Positions 24,496 to 38,144 are shown, counted from the first letter of the stretch. The stretch is 64,000 nt of DNA from Azolla caroliniana (GCA_043228905.1 JBHGNT010000012.1:3534001-3598000); one strand, 5' to 3'. Notes: generated by a model not told the origin, from the letters alone. Numbers and translations are program-made.

Positions 24496-26733
24496 AAGGC
24501 GGCCGACACGGACAAGGCAGCAAAGGAGCGTGCCAGTAGGAAGCGGCATGCGGAAACACAGGAGGAGACTCCGGCACGGCCAATCAAGATCATATTTCAC
24601 CGACCGGTTCAACAAAAGTCGAACCCCCTGGCAACGAAAATCAACATCGGGACTCAGGAGGAGGTGGAGGAGGAACCGTTAGAGCACCTCTAGCGGCACC
24701 AGAAGGCAAGCACCGTAGAACAGGCTGGGGAGTGTTCGGACCCAAAGAAGGATGGAACGCCTCTACCCCGCACTTAGCACCCCGCACCAAGGGTGGAACC
24801 GGAACCGGTTTGGACGGAAATAGTCACAGAACTCCCTGCACAAAAAGCTATACTGGTGGGTCAGGATACGGCAAGACCTGAAATGCAAGCGCCGACAGTA
24901 CAGTTGCCTCCCACACCGGCAGGTCAAGAGCAATCAGAGGCGGGGCGGCCAACGGAGGTGAACCCGGAACCAGAACGGCAAAGTGGTCACCAACCAGAGA
25001 CAAAGTTGCAGCTCGATGCAACCGGACAAGACCGACCACTGTTTAGCGGAACCAACATCCAACCCTCCATGCAGACGCAACAATAGGGTACCAACAGCCA
25101 ATGGCTCAGGTGGATTGGAGAATAGATTTCCAGAGTGGTGCACTACATAGAGGAGGAAGAGAAAGCGCAGATGGACCGGTTGCTAGTCACAACCGGAGAA
25201 CTAAAGACGGCCCGATCGAGGATCCGGAGCCTAGAACAAGACTTGAACCTAGCCACAAAAGAATTGGCCAAAATGGCCTTACCCGGACCACAAATCCAAG
25301 CACTGGTGACTCTGATAGATGTACAGAATAAAGACACACCAGCACTTGTACATAGTAATAAGACCCCTGAGACGGAACCAGTCCCAGAGACAGTGGCGGC
25401 GCAAGCAAAAGAGCTTGTTGATTTGAAAGATGAACTGGCCGCACAAGAAGCATTATGCACCCGAGAAAGGGACTTGAAGAGAGCGGTAGAAGAAGAACAA
25501 AGAAAGACTGTTGAGAACCTCCATCGGGCAGAAGAGAATCTGCGGAAAGGACATCAGGCATATGACTGGCTTAAGGAGGAGAAAGAGAAAGTGCTGCAAG
25601 AAAAGGATAAGCTGCAACGGATGGCGGAAACGGAGATTGAAAGACTTAAAGAAGAACTCCGTCAACAGAAAGATCGGGAAGATCGTGCTCACCGGCAACT
25701 CAACCAGAAACTGAAGTAGAAGACCGATGATTTTGAGCACCTGCACCGGGACTATAAGCACTTGGATACGGAGCATATGAAGCAGCAGGAGAAATGGCAG
25801 AGCTCCAGTAGGAAGTTCATCAAGCCGAGACAGCGCTAGCTGAAGAACGGGCTGAAAGAACAACACTACTAGAGGAAGCTGCGCAGGAACGTGTAGAGCT
25901 CCATAAGCAGCATTATGAAGAAAAGGAAAGAGTGACAATGGTATTGCAGAGGTTGCAGACCACCTACCAAAACCAATTGTCGCATTACTGGGAGCAGGAG
26001 GCGAACACGGTGACGCTGATCAAGCAATTGAAGGAAGAACGACAAACCGTAGAGGACAAATCGAAGATGGGACTTGAGCGGATCCAGTTCATTGTCCAGG
26101 CATGGAGGAACAAGACAAAACGCTTGATTGACGAAAGCTCCACGCAATGGTGGGACAAATGGGCGAAGCACACAACCGAGCTCCAATTGCTAAGGGCGGA
26201 CACGGAAAACCGGCAGAAGGATGGCGACGACTGCTACATGCTAACAAAGGAGAACTTCACCGCCATAAGGGATGAGTTAGTAGAAGACTTTGTAACTCTG
26301 GCGGAGGAACAGTCAACCGTGGTCCGACAACTGGTAGCACAGCTGGACGATGATCGACTGGATGCTCAAATCTAGTTTGAAAGCTATGAGCGGACCAGGC
26401 TACGGCAAGAAGGAGCAAAGCATGCGGCGACCGTCAATCTTAGCGATGAGGAGCCATTGTCGGGGCAAGGACTGGACGAAGACAAGGCCGGGGCGAGTCA
26501 ACCGGAGTCAAATCCGGCAGAGCAGGTGACGGAGGAATCACCGCCACAACCGCCGGTACCAGGCCGAACAGATGCCATCCAAGGAGCAACAATCAGAGGA
26601 GCCGGAGCCGGAGCAACAACAACCACGGCCACAACAGAAAAACAAAAACAACAACCACAACAGCAGCAACAATAGATTTCCGAAGAACCATTGGATACCC
26701 TGGAGCAGAGTATTTTGGATATCTTGGATGAAG
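24496..26733 (+). pseudogene. Gypsy-A extra ORF, C-terminal part (Pro/Glu-rich linker and long coiled coil)
   Basis: ORFs 24793-25086, 25135-25719, 25932-26375 and 26457-26675 are E/K/Q/L-rich heptad-like sequences broken by stops. Confidence 0.65.
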
Positions 26734-26795
26734 GTTAAGTAAGGGCCGGATAGTGGGATTCGACGTACAAGGTACTGTCCCACGAGCGTGCCATG

Positions 26796-27243
26796 TGTTA
26801 CCCGACCGACAAAGGAGTTAAAGACCAGAATGTGAAAGGGATTGTTTATTCAGAATAGATTATAATTAAGTAGTTTATGAGACGTGAATGGACAGACCAG
26901 AATTGGTATGCGGATCCGGATCCGGATCTGGACCGGTTCCGAACAGGTGCCGGTTGGCACCGTTTTGTACTCAGCACCGGTGACCTATATAAAGGCCCGG
27001 TTACAATGTAAAACTTTGAGGGATAATTAATAGAGCTTCTTGTTTTATCTTTAAGTGTTGATTACCATTCTATGCTAATTGTTCTATCATACGCGTGTAT
27101 CAAGTCTAATGCCATATTGCTAAGTAACCAATTAAAGTCTGATTAATCATTGAGTCTTAAGTTATCTCGCCGTAGCACCCTTTGGTGAAGTGTCTTCCAT
27201 AGACACCCTGTGTTAGGCCATTGTCCGGCCCTAAGGATTAACA
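26796..27243 (+). repeat. 3' LTR of Gypsy-A (448 bp)
   Basis: TGTTACCCG...GGATTAACA, followed by the TSD. Confidence 0.93.
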
Positions 27244-27248
27244 CTTTC

Positions 27249-29507
27249 AAATTTCCCGAAGTGTATGACAAGGCTGTCCATATGCACCATATGTATTTTT
27301 GTTTTTTGCTGAAGCGGTGAGTTTGTTTTTGACTGTTGAAGAGGTTGGATTGAAAGGAATAGCAATGCCCATTGATGGGACAAATGTGGTCAGAATAATA
27401 ATCTACAGAAAATGTACACAATAGTGCAAACATTTTGTATGGCTTCAGGTGCATCAATTAATTGGAATAAATCAATGGGTTTTTTGGTGTCGTCCAATTC
27501 CACAACTCCAGAATGGAGTCCTCATCCAGATTTCCTATGGATTCCCGAGGGCACTTCAGTTAGATATTTGGGATGTCAAGTAGGTTTGAATATTTCTTCA
27601 GAAATTTAGGTTGCTTTTTTTATATTGAAAATCAGGGAAAAAACTATTGATTTGGGGTCAAGCTAAACTATCATTTGCAGGTAGGGTGATAGTCGTTAAT
27701 CAAGTTTTGTTGTCTAGTCTCTAGTATATTATGTCATGTTGGAGTTTTTCAAGATCATGTATGGGACAATTACAAAGATTGATCCCAAATTATTTGTGGT
27801 CTGGTAATGATGGAAGCCATGCCAGAGCCAAAGTCTCTTGGTCCACAATTGTTAAGTCATTGGATCAAGGAGGATTAGGGATTGTAGATCCATTACAACA
27901 GTCCAAAGCTTTGATTGCAAAATTGGCGATTCGAGGACTGTTGCCATGATCGGAACCTTGGAAACAATTGTTGTCCTATGAATTACAAAAGTTTTGTCCC
28001 AAAACTAGTGGAGATTGGAGGCCTAGTTTTAGATGGGCTTTTATGGAACATAACAAATTGGTTATGGCCACAAATTGGGAAGAGAGATTTGCTCGATGTG
28101 TTCTTAATGCATGGAAAGATATTTCTCTTGATTTAGTTAAGACATTGCCAAAAACAGAATCTGAATTCTGTAGACAAGCTCTGATTTGGAATTCATGGTT
28201 GACTAACCAGAGAGGGCAGATATTGGGAATGCGTACTAGATGTGCATGGGCAGAATTAGATCGTGGGCCAACATAGTCTATACGTGCATGGACAACATTT
28301 CTGTCTAAACTTATAGATCAACAAATGATACTAATTAGTAATATAAGGGGTGGGAGGATAATGTATTTGCAATACAAAATGCCATTTTTAATACTCAGGC
28401 TACACAGAAGTGGATGGGTTTATTTACTCCATTGGATATTTTAATTGGAGTTAAAGCCTATATTGGGGAACAAGAGTGTATGAGTTTTGATGTACAAGAA
28501 GATGGTAGGCTAATCTTTACACCCGAGGAAAATGATTTGTTTAGGTTTTGTTTGCATAAAGAAGTGAGGGTGATTGCAAATGATGGATCAAATTGGGTCT
28601 TAGACCCGGATCCTCAAAAGGTGAATTATTTTTGGAGGATTTGGATTATGGAAAGGAGACCAATATCTAGATTAACTTGGGATCCTGGAGAACTGTATTG
28701 GAAGGTGTGGGTGCCATATCACATCAAATGCATGTCGTTCTTTCAGTATTCTGTGAAGATTGGTAGGAAAATATTAGGTGCTAGATCATGGAAACAACCA
28801 ACTGCAAATGCTATTTGGAGACGAAATGGACTCTCCACAACATCTCAAACAATTTTGGAAATGGCTATGGGGTATAAAGATGAGTAGGAAAATTGTTTGT
28901 TTTCGATGGTTGTTAGTTCATAATGCTTTTCAAGTAAATGGGTGGCGAAAAGGAAATGTAGACAAGATGTGCCCTTTCTATACATATGTAATAGAGACTG
29001 CTAAACATTGTTTGTGGAGTTGTGGTTTTCCTCTGGACATATGGAAACGAATCATAAAATTTAACTCCAGTATATCCTACAACAGTGTATACATGGGGTG
29101 CAGTATTATGGGTGGTGGTACATGATAAACCTATGGTATATGAACAGGAGGAGGTTGCAGATGTTATTGTGATGAGACATGGTTTGATGGAAAAAAATTT
29201 GATCACTGTGAATCCACAAATACAAACTGATAAACCTCAAATATGGCAATTGGTAAGTAGTATTACTGTTTGGTATATTTGGAAGGCTCGATGTTTGAAG
29301 GTATTTCAAAATGTGATCGAAAGATCTGTCCAAATAATTTCGGGAATTTGGATAGAAATTGTGCATAATCTCAGAGGGTTTTTGGATAGTATAAAAGGTA
29401 ATACGCATCAAGCGGAGCTTAAGCGGTTGGAGTTTCATGCCATTTGGGACATAGGTATATTCTATAGACGACGTTTTGATAAGGTGGAGTGGTTCTACTC
29501 TGGTTAG
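27249..29507 (+). pseudogene. LINE ORF2 part 2: RT C-terminus, zf-RVT and C-terminal domain
   Basis: Resumes at QISRSV*QGCP, then RYLGCQVG, QGGLGI, ETAKHCLWSC and WYIWKARC. The catalytic F/YADD segment appears deleted near 27375. Confidence 0.92.
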
Positions 29508-30826
29508 AATTTAGAAAAACATTGGGGATTAGTGGTATATCTTGTATGTTTAGCCTTATGGTGTTTTCTAATACTAATGTAGTATCTTTTTTGGGAAAAG
29601 AAAAAGATGTTAAGTATGAGAATAGCTAGTACTTATGTTATTCCAATGTATATACCCATTGCTTGCATATAACATTACACAATAGATCTATATAAAGTGT
29701 CCCCCCCATTTTTTTTGTTGAAATGGCATTGTCTCTAACTTGCAATGGCTTCATCAAGTTGCCCAGAACGAGCCAATAGGTCAATCACACAGTTGTAATG
29801 CTCTAGTGTTGGAGAGAGACAATATTTTTTTTCATAGCTTTAAAGCACCTCTCTTCGATGCTGACAAGAGGTTCGGTCTTAGAGATTTTTGGACTTTGTT
29901 TAGTCACATCAATTATTTATTACATTTCTTGCCCAATTGTGGGTTTATTTAACAACTACAAATTATAACATGTTGCAAGATCCTTTACTTATACAAACTG
30001 AAAAGTAACCATAGGTTGATAGGCATTTACAATGTCGAAGTCAGATTTTACAATTGAATATTGGTAATCTCGTGTTCCATTGCTCCGTTGAGTCTTTTTT
30101 ATCGATATCATCTAAGGTTGGTCAAGAGTTGAAGGTATATAGCACCAAATTAGGGATGGTGGGATATTCTGAAACATAGGTGGTATTCTAAATTGTGACT
30201 TCTAACAAATGTTTTCATTTCGAGAGAATTGATTGAGGGTTTACCTTTGGGATTAGCCCCTACAGAGAGTCGAGACACTAACTAGCAATAAGAAATTGTT
30301 TGTTTTACATCCCTCAAATGGAATATAGTACTCATCATTTCATATTATAAAGAATCAAGAGATGGATTCTTGTGAAGCGGAAGAGATGTGATTTATGTGT
30401 GTGTGTAAGAGAGAGAGAGAGTGTGTGTGTGTGAGAGAGAGAGTGAGAGTGAAACACAGAGAATACGCAAGGTAAAAGTATATTGACAAAGGAGAAAGAC
30501 TCAACATTATACAAGGTGGGAGGACACCCGCTTTATGTAGTCACCCTCTCTCTTCATTAACTACAAGGCTTATGGAGCATGGGGAATGTGAAAGCTCATA
30601 AGTTATGTGTCATAGAATATGATTCTATGACTCATACTAAATGCTAGAATACAAAGAGGTGACTTAATGGTGACTCTTGACCATTGGAGTGTCTATTCAC
30701 TCTCAGGGTGAGTTCACACACTAGACCAAGTTGAGCTTGATTCTCAACACGCCCCCTCAAGCTCAAGTCGGGTCGGTTTCAGACGGTATTCGAAATCCGC
30801 TTCGACTTGCGTTCCGGAGTACGCGT

Positions 30827-31710
30827 TGTCGTAGTGTAATTCGTACACTACGTGAAAAATTACATTTTTGGTCTCTCCGGATAGGACATGGGGTACCTGG
30901 TGAGAACCGGAAGAAGGAACCGGTAAGGACCGAAACCGACAAGGAGACCCGGCAAGAGCCGGATGAAGAAGGCCGGTGAGAGTTGATGAGAAACGGACGA
31001 AGAGATCGGTAAGGAGGTCCCGGTAAGAACCGAACAAAGAAAACTATCAAGCACCGGATGAAGCAAAACCGGAAAGAGCCGGATGAAGAAGGCTAGTGAG
31101 AGTCTCTCACCGGATGAAGAGACGTATTTGTAAATAGAAGAAAGTATAAAAATATATATATAACATGCATAGGGCAAGATTTGAACCTTGCACCTCCATG
31201 TTAATAATGTTAAGCCTTATCATTATAGTAGGGTATTATGAATTTTAAAGTTATACTAAACTTTATTCCATTTAAAATTTCTAGACATGCATGGTACAAA
31301 AGTTATTCATACACTTGAGTTAAAAAGAAAAGATGAGATAGAAAACTAATCATGCACATGCAGTGTGCATGAAAACTAAAGATAGAAAAAGCATGATGCT
31401 TGCATGTGATAAACTTAGACTCTTCCAACACTATATAAGGAAGAGAGAAAGATGTATAGAGGTTGTTGATTATTTTACAAGGGTTGATTAATATAAGATA
31501 ATCGTGGGATTCACGAATTTGCTAACTATTCTCTCTTATTGATTACTCACTAATACACTATACTCGTGGGATTCACGAGGTTTTCATATCTTTCTTTCTT
31601 ACAATATATTTCATATTCTTAATTGCCTTAGAATTTTCTTTCCTCCTAGTCCAAAACCCCAACGGTTCTCACCCAACTCACGCAACGATCTGGAGCCGAA
31701 AGGCACGACA
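30827..31710. mobile_element. Probable solo LTR (884 bp, TGTCGT...ACGACA) in the Copia-D 3' UTR
   Basis: Absent from sister Copia-E. 6-bp terminal inverted repeats and a 4-bp TSD GCGT/ACGT. Internal CCGGATGAAG repeats. Confidence 0.8.
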
Positions 31711-31866
31711 ACGTCGACTTGTGTCAACTCGCTTTATGCAGAGTTGTGGAATCCATGCTCCAACTTGCATTATGCATAGTTGTGAAGTCTGTGATTCGGC
31801 TTGCGTCTTTCTTCGCGGCTTCGTTGCGTGGTTGCGTAATCCACGTGTTCTTGCGGAATCCACGCG

Positions 31867-34800
31867 TTATGGCGTAATGTCTTTAGTACTCCCCATCAAG
31901 CTTGGCAGGTCAGGGAGCGTCAATCCGAGATCGGTCATGAATTGCCACAGCTTGTCGGCTCCTAAGACTTTAGTGACGATGTTGGCCGTTTGAAGATTTG
32001 TGCTAATGTGTTGTAGGTCGACATCGCCAGCTATAACGCGCTCTCGGTTGAAGTGATAGTGTACTTGAATGTGCTTTGTTAGCGCATGGAACACCGGGTT
32101 CAGAGCCAGATAGATACTGCTCATGTTGTCGCAGTAAAGGGAAGTCGGATCCTTGATGGGTACGCCCAGATCCTTCAAAATCCTCTTGAGTCATGCGGCT
32201 TCACACGTAGCTATGGCTGCGCCCCTGTATTCCGCCTCCGTACTCGAAAGAGCGACGACAGGCTGCTTCTTGCTACTCCAGGATATTGCTCCGTTGCCGA
32301 GGGAGAAAACAAATCCGGAGGTTGATCTTCTATCAGCTTTGTAGCCGGCCCAATCGGCGTCTGTGTACCCCTCGAGTCGTATTGGTATCGCGGTCTTATA
32401 GAGGATGCCGCAATCCATCGTGCCGCTCACGTAGCGTAGAACTCACTTAGCGCAATCCAAGTGAGTATCACGCGGTGTTTGCATGAATTGGCTAAGGAGA
32501 CCGAACGGATAACTGAGATCAGGTCGTGTGATCGTGAGGTAGATGAGACTCCCGATGAGTTGCCGATACTGAGTCGGCTCACAAGCTTTGGTGCCGGAGT
32601 TTGCATCCAATTTAAGATTGCGATCGAGCGGGGTTGCCGCGGATTTGCACTCAGCCATACCGAACTTGTATAACAAGTTGAGGATATAGTGCCGTTGAGA
32701 ACTCATGATTCTGGCCGGAGTCCAAATTACCTCCATGCCGAGGAAGTAGTGGAGCTCCTTCATGTCTGTCATCTCGAACTTGTCGGAAAGGAGGGATTTG
32801 ACCTTATTTATTTCGATGAGATGCTCACCTCCAATGACTAGGTCATCCACATATAAGATGATGACGATCGGACTTGCGGAATCGCTTCGGATGTAGAGGG
32901 AGTTGTCCGATTTTGACATACGAAAGCCGATTTGATGAAGATATTGCGTTATCTTCGAATGCCAAGCACGCGGTGCTTGCTTGAGGCCGTAGAGTGGCTT
33001 CTTGAGTTGGCATACGGCTTTTGGATGAATGCTCGAGTTCAGGCCGGGTGGTTGTATCATGTAGACCTCCTCTTCTAATTCGCCTTGTAGAGATCCATTT
33101 GGTGGAGGTGCCACCCTTTCGCCGTAGCAATCGCAATTATTGTTCGCACCGTCGTCATCTTTGCCACCAGGGCAAAGGTCTCTTCGTAATCGACGCCATG
33201 CGTCTGAGCGTATCCTTTCGCTACAAGTCGAGCTTTGTAGCGGTTTACGGAGCCATCGACGTTATACTTCACCTTGTAGATCCATCTGCATCCGATCGCC
33301 TTTTTGTGTGGTGAGGTGGGAACGAGATCCCACGTCTCGTTCTTCCATAGTGCCCGCATCTCCTCGTTCATTGCTTCGATCCATCACAGGTCCTTCGCGG
33401 CTTCCGAAAAGGTTTCCGGCTCCCGTATTGTCGCTACCTTCATCATAAAGGTGAAATGGTACGCCATATAATCGTTGTAGCCGAATTGGCTTACGGGGTT
33501 CTTTTCACGGGTGGATCGGCGGAGTTTTTCATTTGCAGAGATGAGGGCTTTCTTAGCTCCGATTGGTACCTCGAAACCGTCAAACTCACTATCGAGTGAG
33601 TGAGTCGACTCATCGTCGTTGAAGCGATCATCTTCGTATTCCGACATTTTCGTCGTGCCTTTGTCCATCCTCGGGCTAGGCCGTGATATGCTTTGATCGC
33701 TCAAAGGCTCTTGTTGTCTGCTCAATCGGGTCATGATCAGACTTTCTTCGAATATATGCATAAGGAGATCTTCATCCTCTATCTCTTGTTTGGCAAATTC
33801 TGGGTCGAGTAAAGGCGAAGTTGTCTCTAGTGCGCACCAGGATGCGAACTCGTCAAAAACGACGTCTCGACTTACTCGAGATTTTCGAGTTGAGGGGTTG
33901 TAGCACTTGTACCCCTTTTGCTCCATTGAATATCCTACGAGGATACATTTCTCCGACTTCGGGTCAAGCTTTTGCCGCTTCTCGTCGGGGATGTGCACGT
34001 ACGCTATCGCGCCGAATATCCGTATGTGCGATAAATCCGGCTTCCTTCCGAAGTATTTTTTGTGTGGAGTGACCTCGTGCACGCCGGATTTTGTGCACCA
34101 GTTCATTAGGTAGACGGCCATATTTGCAGCTTCGGCCCAATATGACTTGGGCATATGCTTCTCGTTCATCATGGCCCGCGCTACTTCGAGGATGTGCCAA
34201 TTTTTGCGCTCGGCTACTCCGTTTTGTTGCGGAGTGTGTCGGCAAGTGAATTCTCGCCGAATTCCTTCCATTCGGAGGTACGTCGTGAAATCATCCGAGA
34301 AGTACTCCTTGCCGCCATCCGATCGAAGGCATCGTACATGTCGGCCCGTGGGTTTCTCGACTTCATTCTTGAAATTTTGGAAGTGTCTAAACACTTTGCT
34401 CTTTTGCCGCATCGGGTAGATCCAAGTGTGCCTAGATAAAGTCGTCGATGAAGAGCACATAATATCGGCATCCGCCGAATGTAGCCGTCTGCACCGGTCC
34501 CCATACGTCGGAAAGGACTACGTCGAGTAGACCTTTGCTCACGTTCCGCTCTTTCGGGGATGGGTGTCGGTGTTGCTTGCCGAATTGGCACGCTTCGCAT
34601 ACACCTTCAATTTCCTTCTTTTTGAATGTCGGGAGTCCAATGACAACTCCTTTCGATTTCATTGCTTTGAGTTTGTTGAGATTGATGTGGCCGATTCGCT
34701 TGTGCCATAGCTCTATGTCGGAGTCGGCTTTTGTGCTTTTCGTGAACATGGCGGATTTCATCTCGCGTGAATCGAGAATGACCATCCGGCCCTCTCTTTG

Positions 34801-36135
34801 TCCGCGTATGATGAGTCAGCCTTCTTTTTCGATGAAGCAACCGCCTTGATTAAATCGAACTTGCATCCCTTGCTCTACAATTTGGCCGACGGAGACCAAA
34901 TTCTTCGTAATGGTCGATACATGCAATACATTTTTAATGTAATTTTGCTTACCTTCTTTTTCCGAACGGAACATTGCCAATGTGCCTAATCGGGTGCATA
35001 GTGTCATCTCCGGTTTCGACATAGCCAGGTCGGTCCGACTCTCAAAGTTCTCGGAACCATTCTTCATGCGATGTCATATGGTTCAAGGCACCGGAATCGA
35101 CGAACCATACGTCTTCCGAACCGGAGGCACTAGCTGAGGTAGCGGCCGACATAGAGTTTGCTCTATGTTTCATCATGAACATTCCTCCATGGTCGGAGTT
35201 GTGCGCATACATTCCACCACGATCTTCATAGTCGGAGTTGTGTGCGTAATTCGTGAGTTGTCGGCTTGTGGAAGCCGATTCACGCATCTTCTTTTGGCAC
35301 TCTTCTTCGTGGTGGCCGAGCTTTCCACAATATCTGCATTTGGTTGCGTTTTGACGGCTCAGGCCGGAGTGGAAACTCCCCCTTCTTGTGAAGGTTCCTC
35401 GTTGGCCTCCGTTTTGTGGCCGAAATTGGGAGTTGTTGTCGTAGGTCGGACCTCGTCCGCCTTGTCCTTGGCCGAATCGGCCTCTCGCTCGTCCGCGTGC
35501 TCTTCCTCCATTAGAGTGCATGTAGAGCATGTGGCCTTCCGACTCATTGCTCCTTGTACGCACGTGGTTTTCTTCGACCAATAGCATTGATTGGAGCTCG
35601 AAGAAGGAGGGAGATTTCTCCCATGCTAGAACGGCGGTTCACATCGCGCCGAACCGTGGTGCAAGGTTACCGAGGCATAATTGCACCATCTCATCATCAT
35701 CTATACTTACTCTTATTGAGCGGAGCGAGTCGCAAAGCTCCTTGATCTTCAAGGTGTATGTCGTGATGGACATGTCCCTTTGTTGAATGTTGTTCAACTC
35801 TTGGCGAAGTTGAAGCTTCCTCGCGGTCGTGTTGGCGGCGAAAATCTTTCATAGATTTTCCCACACTTCCTTCGACGTCTTGGCTTCTAGAATGTAACCA
35901 AGCATGTGGTCGTGAACACATGTCGCCAAACAATACATCGCGTGGCTTGCAGCTTGCTCCCATGTCGCGTATCTGGGAGCCGCTTAGGCGGGTCGGTCTT
36001 CATGCGCTCCTTTGATGTAGCTCCAATAGCCTTGTCTGACAAGGTATTGGTGCATCTTGTACTCTCAAGATGGGAAGTTGTTTCAATCCAACTTCTCGGT
36101 AGGGAGAGCGCTCCCCATTTGAGTATTCATTATGT
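31867..36135 (-). pseudogene. Copia-D polyprotein, degraded
   Basis: Gag, CRYCGKLGHHEEEC, WFVDSGALNH, LWHKRIGH, LRSDGGKEY, YVDDL and DADWAG. Confidence 0.95.
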
Positions 36136-37514
36136 CGATTCTTCTTCTTCTTCTTCTCTCTTCGAATGCAAGCTATGTAGCAAAGCTACGGTAGCTATGA
36201 GCCGGTTCTTGGTCGTCGGCATAGAGCACAACACACGATCACGATGAGGCAAATGGGTTAGATCGAGCTACCAAATCACTCTGATACCATGTAAAGAATC
36301 AAGACATGGATTCTTGTGAAGCAAAAGAGATGTGAGTTATGTGTGTGTGTAAGAGAGAGTGTGTGTGTGTGTGAAACACAGAGAATACGCAAGGTAAAAG
36401 TATATTGACAAAGGAGAAAGACTCAACATTATACAAGGTGGGAGGACACCCGCTTTATGTAGTCACCCTCTCTCTTCATTAACTACAAGGCTTATGGAAC
36501 ATGGGGAATGTGAAAGCTCATAAGTTATGTGTCATAGAATATGATTCTATGACTCATACTAAATGCTAGAATACAAAGAGGTGACTTAATGGTGACTCTT
36601 GACCATTGGAGTGTCTATTCACTCTCAGGGTGAGTTCACACACTAGACCAAGTTGAGCTTGATTCTCAACACATACGGTGTCTAATTGCTCATCAAATTT
36701 AGGATTACATTTCTCAAATTTGACAAGTTTTGTCACATCACTATTTAACACTCATACACAGGTGTTTCTATAATTTATCCATCTCATTCCAAGACGACAT
36801 ATGGAGATAATATGCTCTTTCTAAAATATTGGGGATTGCCTCATGATGGGATATGCGCGATGCTTATGTGGTTGATGATATGCATGTGGTTAGCATATAT
36901 CTACAAGATCTGAATGGACTATTGTTGAGACCATTTTAATGTCGGTGCAAATTGAAATTCTTTCTTTAATGAAATGTTTTATCTTGCATATTGGCAATTA
37001 AACATGTCCCACTACCCATGTAGAGTTAATACCACTCAAATTGTGGTGCCATTGTATTATGTACTTTTCATGCATGCAAATTTATTAATATAATTCTGCG
37101 TTATCATTTAGAAGAGAGAATAAAATAGATTATTTATCATCCATGTGGAGGCCAAGTTTGACCTAGAGATGATGACATTAATTTCAACATAGGACCCACG
37201 GCAACAACAATCTTTGCAATAACAGTCTTCCTAGTTGTAAAGCAACTCATCGGAGAATTTAAAAATGATTGAACAAACACAAAAATTGAAAGTTTAAATT
37301 AGAAAACTAAGCTCATTTTCAAAATTCATTAATTTGACATTCCATGAGTTTGGCTTTGTGGTTGAGTGCACAATCAAAAAGCATGCCTAGTGTACTTATG
37401 AGTCCTTGAATACAAGTACAACCTTGGCAGAATTCCAAGATCATGCCTTATCTTTGAGGCATATTTCAAAGTGAAACATTATTCCCTGTCACTTTTGAGA
37501 GACAAAGAGAGAGA

Positions 37515-37720
37515 GCCGTTTAGCTCTTGAGTTGGTAAAGGTTGGTTCGATGGAGACCTGAAGGTCATGTAGTGAACCCCTATACATACTTCAAAGTCCA
37601 CAATGGCATTTAGTAAATTAAGAATAAATAAATATGATGTAATTTGGAGGCATGAATGTGAAGCCTTGAACCCAAGGCTTTCCTATTCTATTCTTTTAAC
37701 AACTAAGTACTAGGGTAAGA
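37515..37720. mobile_element. Convergent twin tRNA-like element, degraded copy 2
   Basis: TAGCTC..AGTTGGTAA.GGTTG...ATGGAGACC..AGGTCATG..GAACCCCTA...AATTAAGA...TTGAACCCA...ACTAGGGTAAG is colinear with 1258-1442 and is also preceded by (GA)n. Confidence 0.6.
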
Positions 37721-38144
37721 GATTAATTGACTCATTATAAAAAAAGAAATTGTTACTTGACATTAATGAAGTTCATAAACTAATTCTCAATGTCCAAGAA
37801 TCTTATCAATGGACATTCCAATTGAGAGGGCACATTGTACCTATGAAACAAACACGTTGTCGTGAAGGATTCCGACCATTGAGAGAAACAGAGCCAAGTG
37901 CATGCGAACGGGTGTGTGCACCGATGCACACAAATCAAGTATTATGTACAAACATAATGTAAATAGCATAGGATTAGTAAGTACTAGGTAGTAGGGTTTA
38001 ATGGCGTACTTTAAAGTCCCACATGCACAGGAAGAAATTAAGGGGGGGAGAAAATCTCTGACATTGATCACGATGTAACGGTCTCCCCTTGTGCTATAAA
38101 AGGGGAGGCTTGAGCCTGCTTCAAGGATCCAGGGGACCAGGGAG

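Larger units (their letters stand above)
9667..27243 (+). mobile_element. Ty3/Gypsy 'Gypsy-A' (non-chromovirus, Athila/Tat-like) with an extra 3' ORF
   Basis: TSD CTTTC at 9662-9666 and 27244-27248. LTRs at 9667-9870 and 26796-27243. Domain order gag-PR-RT...INT. Confidence 0.95.
6201..29607 (+). mobile_element. Full-length L1-type LINE, split by a 17.6-kb nested insertion
   Basis: Perfect 14-bp TSD TGTTAAGTATGAGA at 6187-6200 and 29608-29621. A-rich tail. ORF1 and ORF2 are in order. Confidence 0.95.
30346..36671 (-). mobile_element. Ty1/Copia 'Copia-D', full length, same lineage as Copia-1 and Copia-E
   Basis: LTRs at 30346-30749 and 36290-36671. TSD CATAT/CATAC. iMet-type PBS at 36278-36289. 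PPT at 30750-30758. Confidence 0.96.

Noticed and set aside
25135-26375. Captured host myosin/SMC-like gene
   Set aside because: Intronless, in the element's sense orientation and continuous with the N-terminal part across the Copia-C TSD; better explained as the element's own extra ORF.
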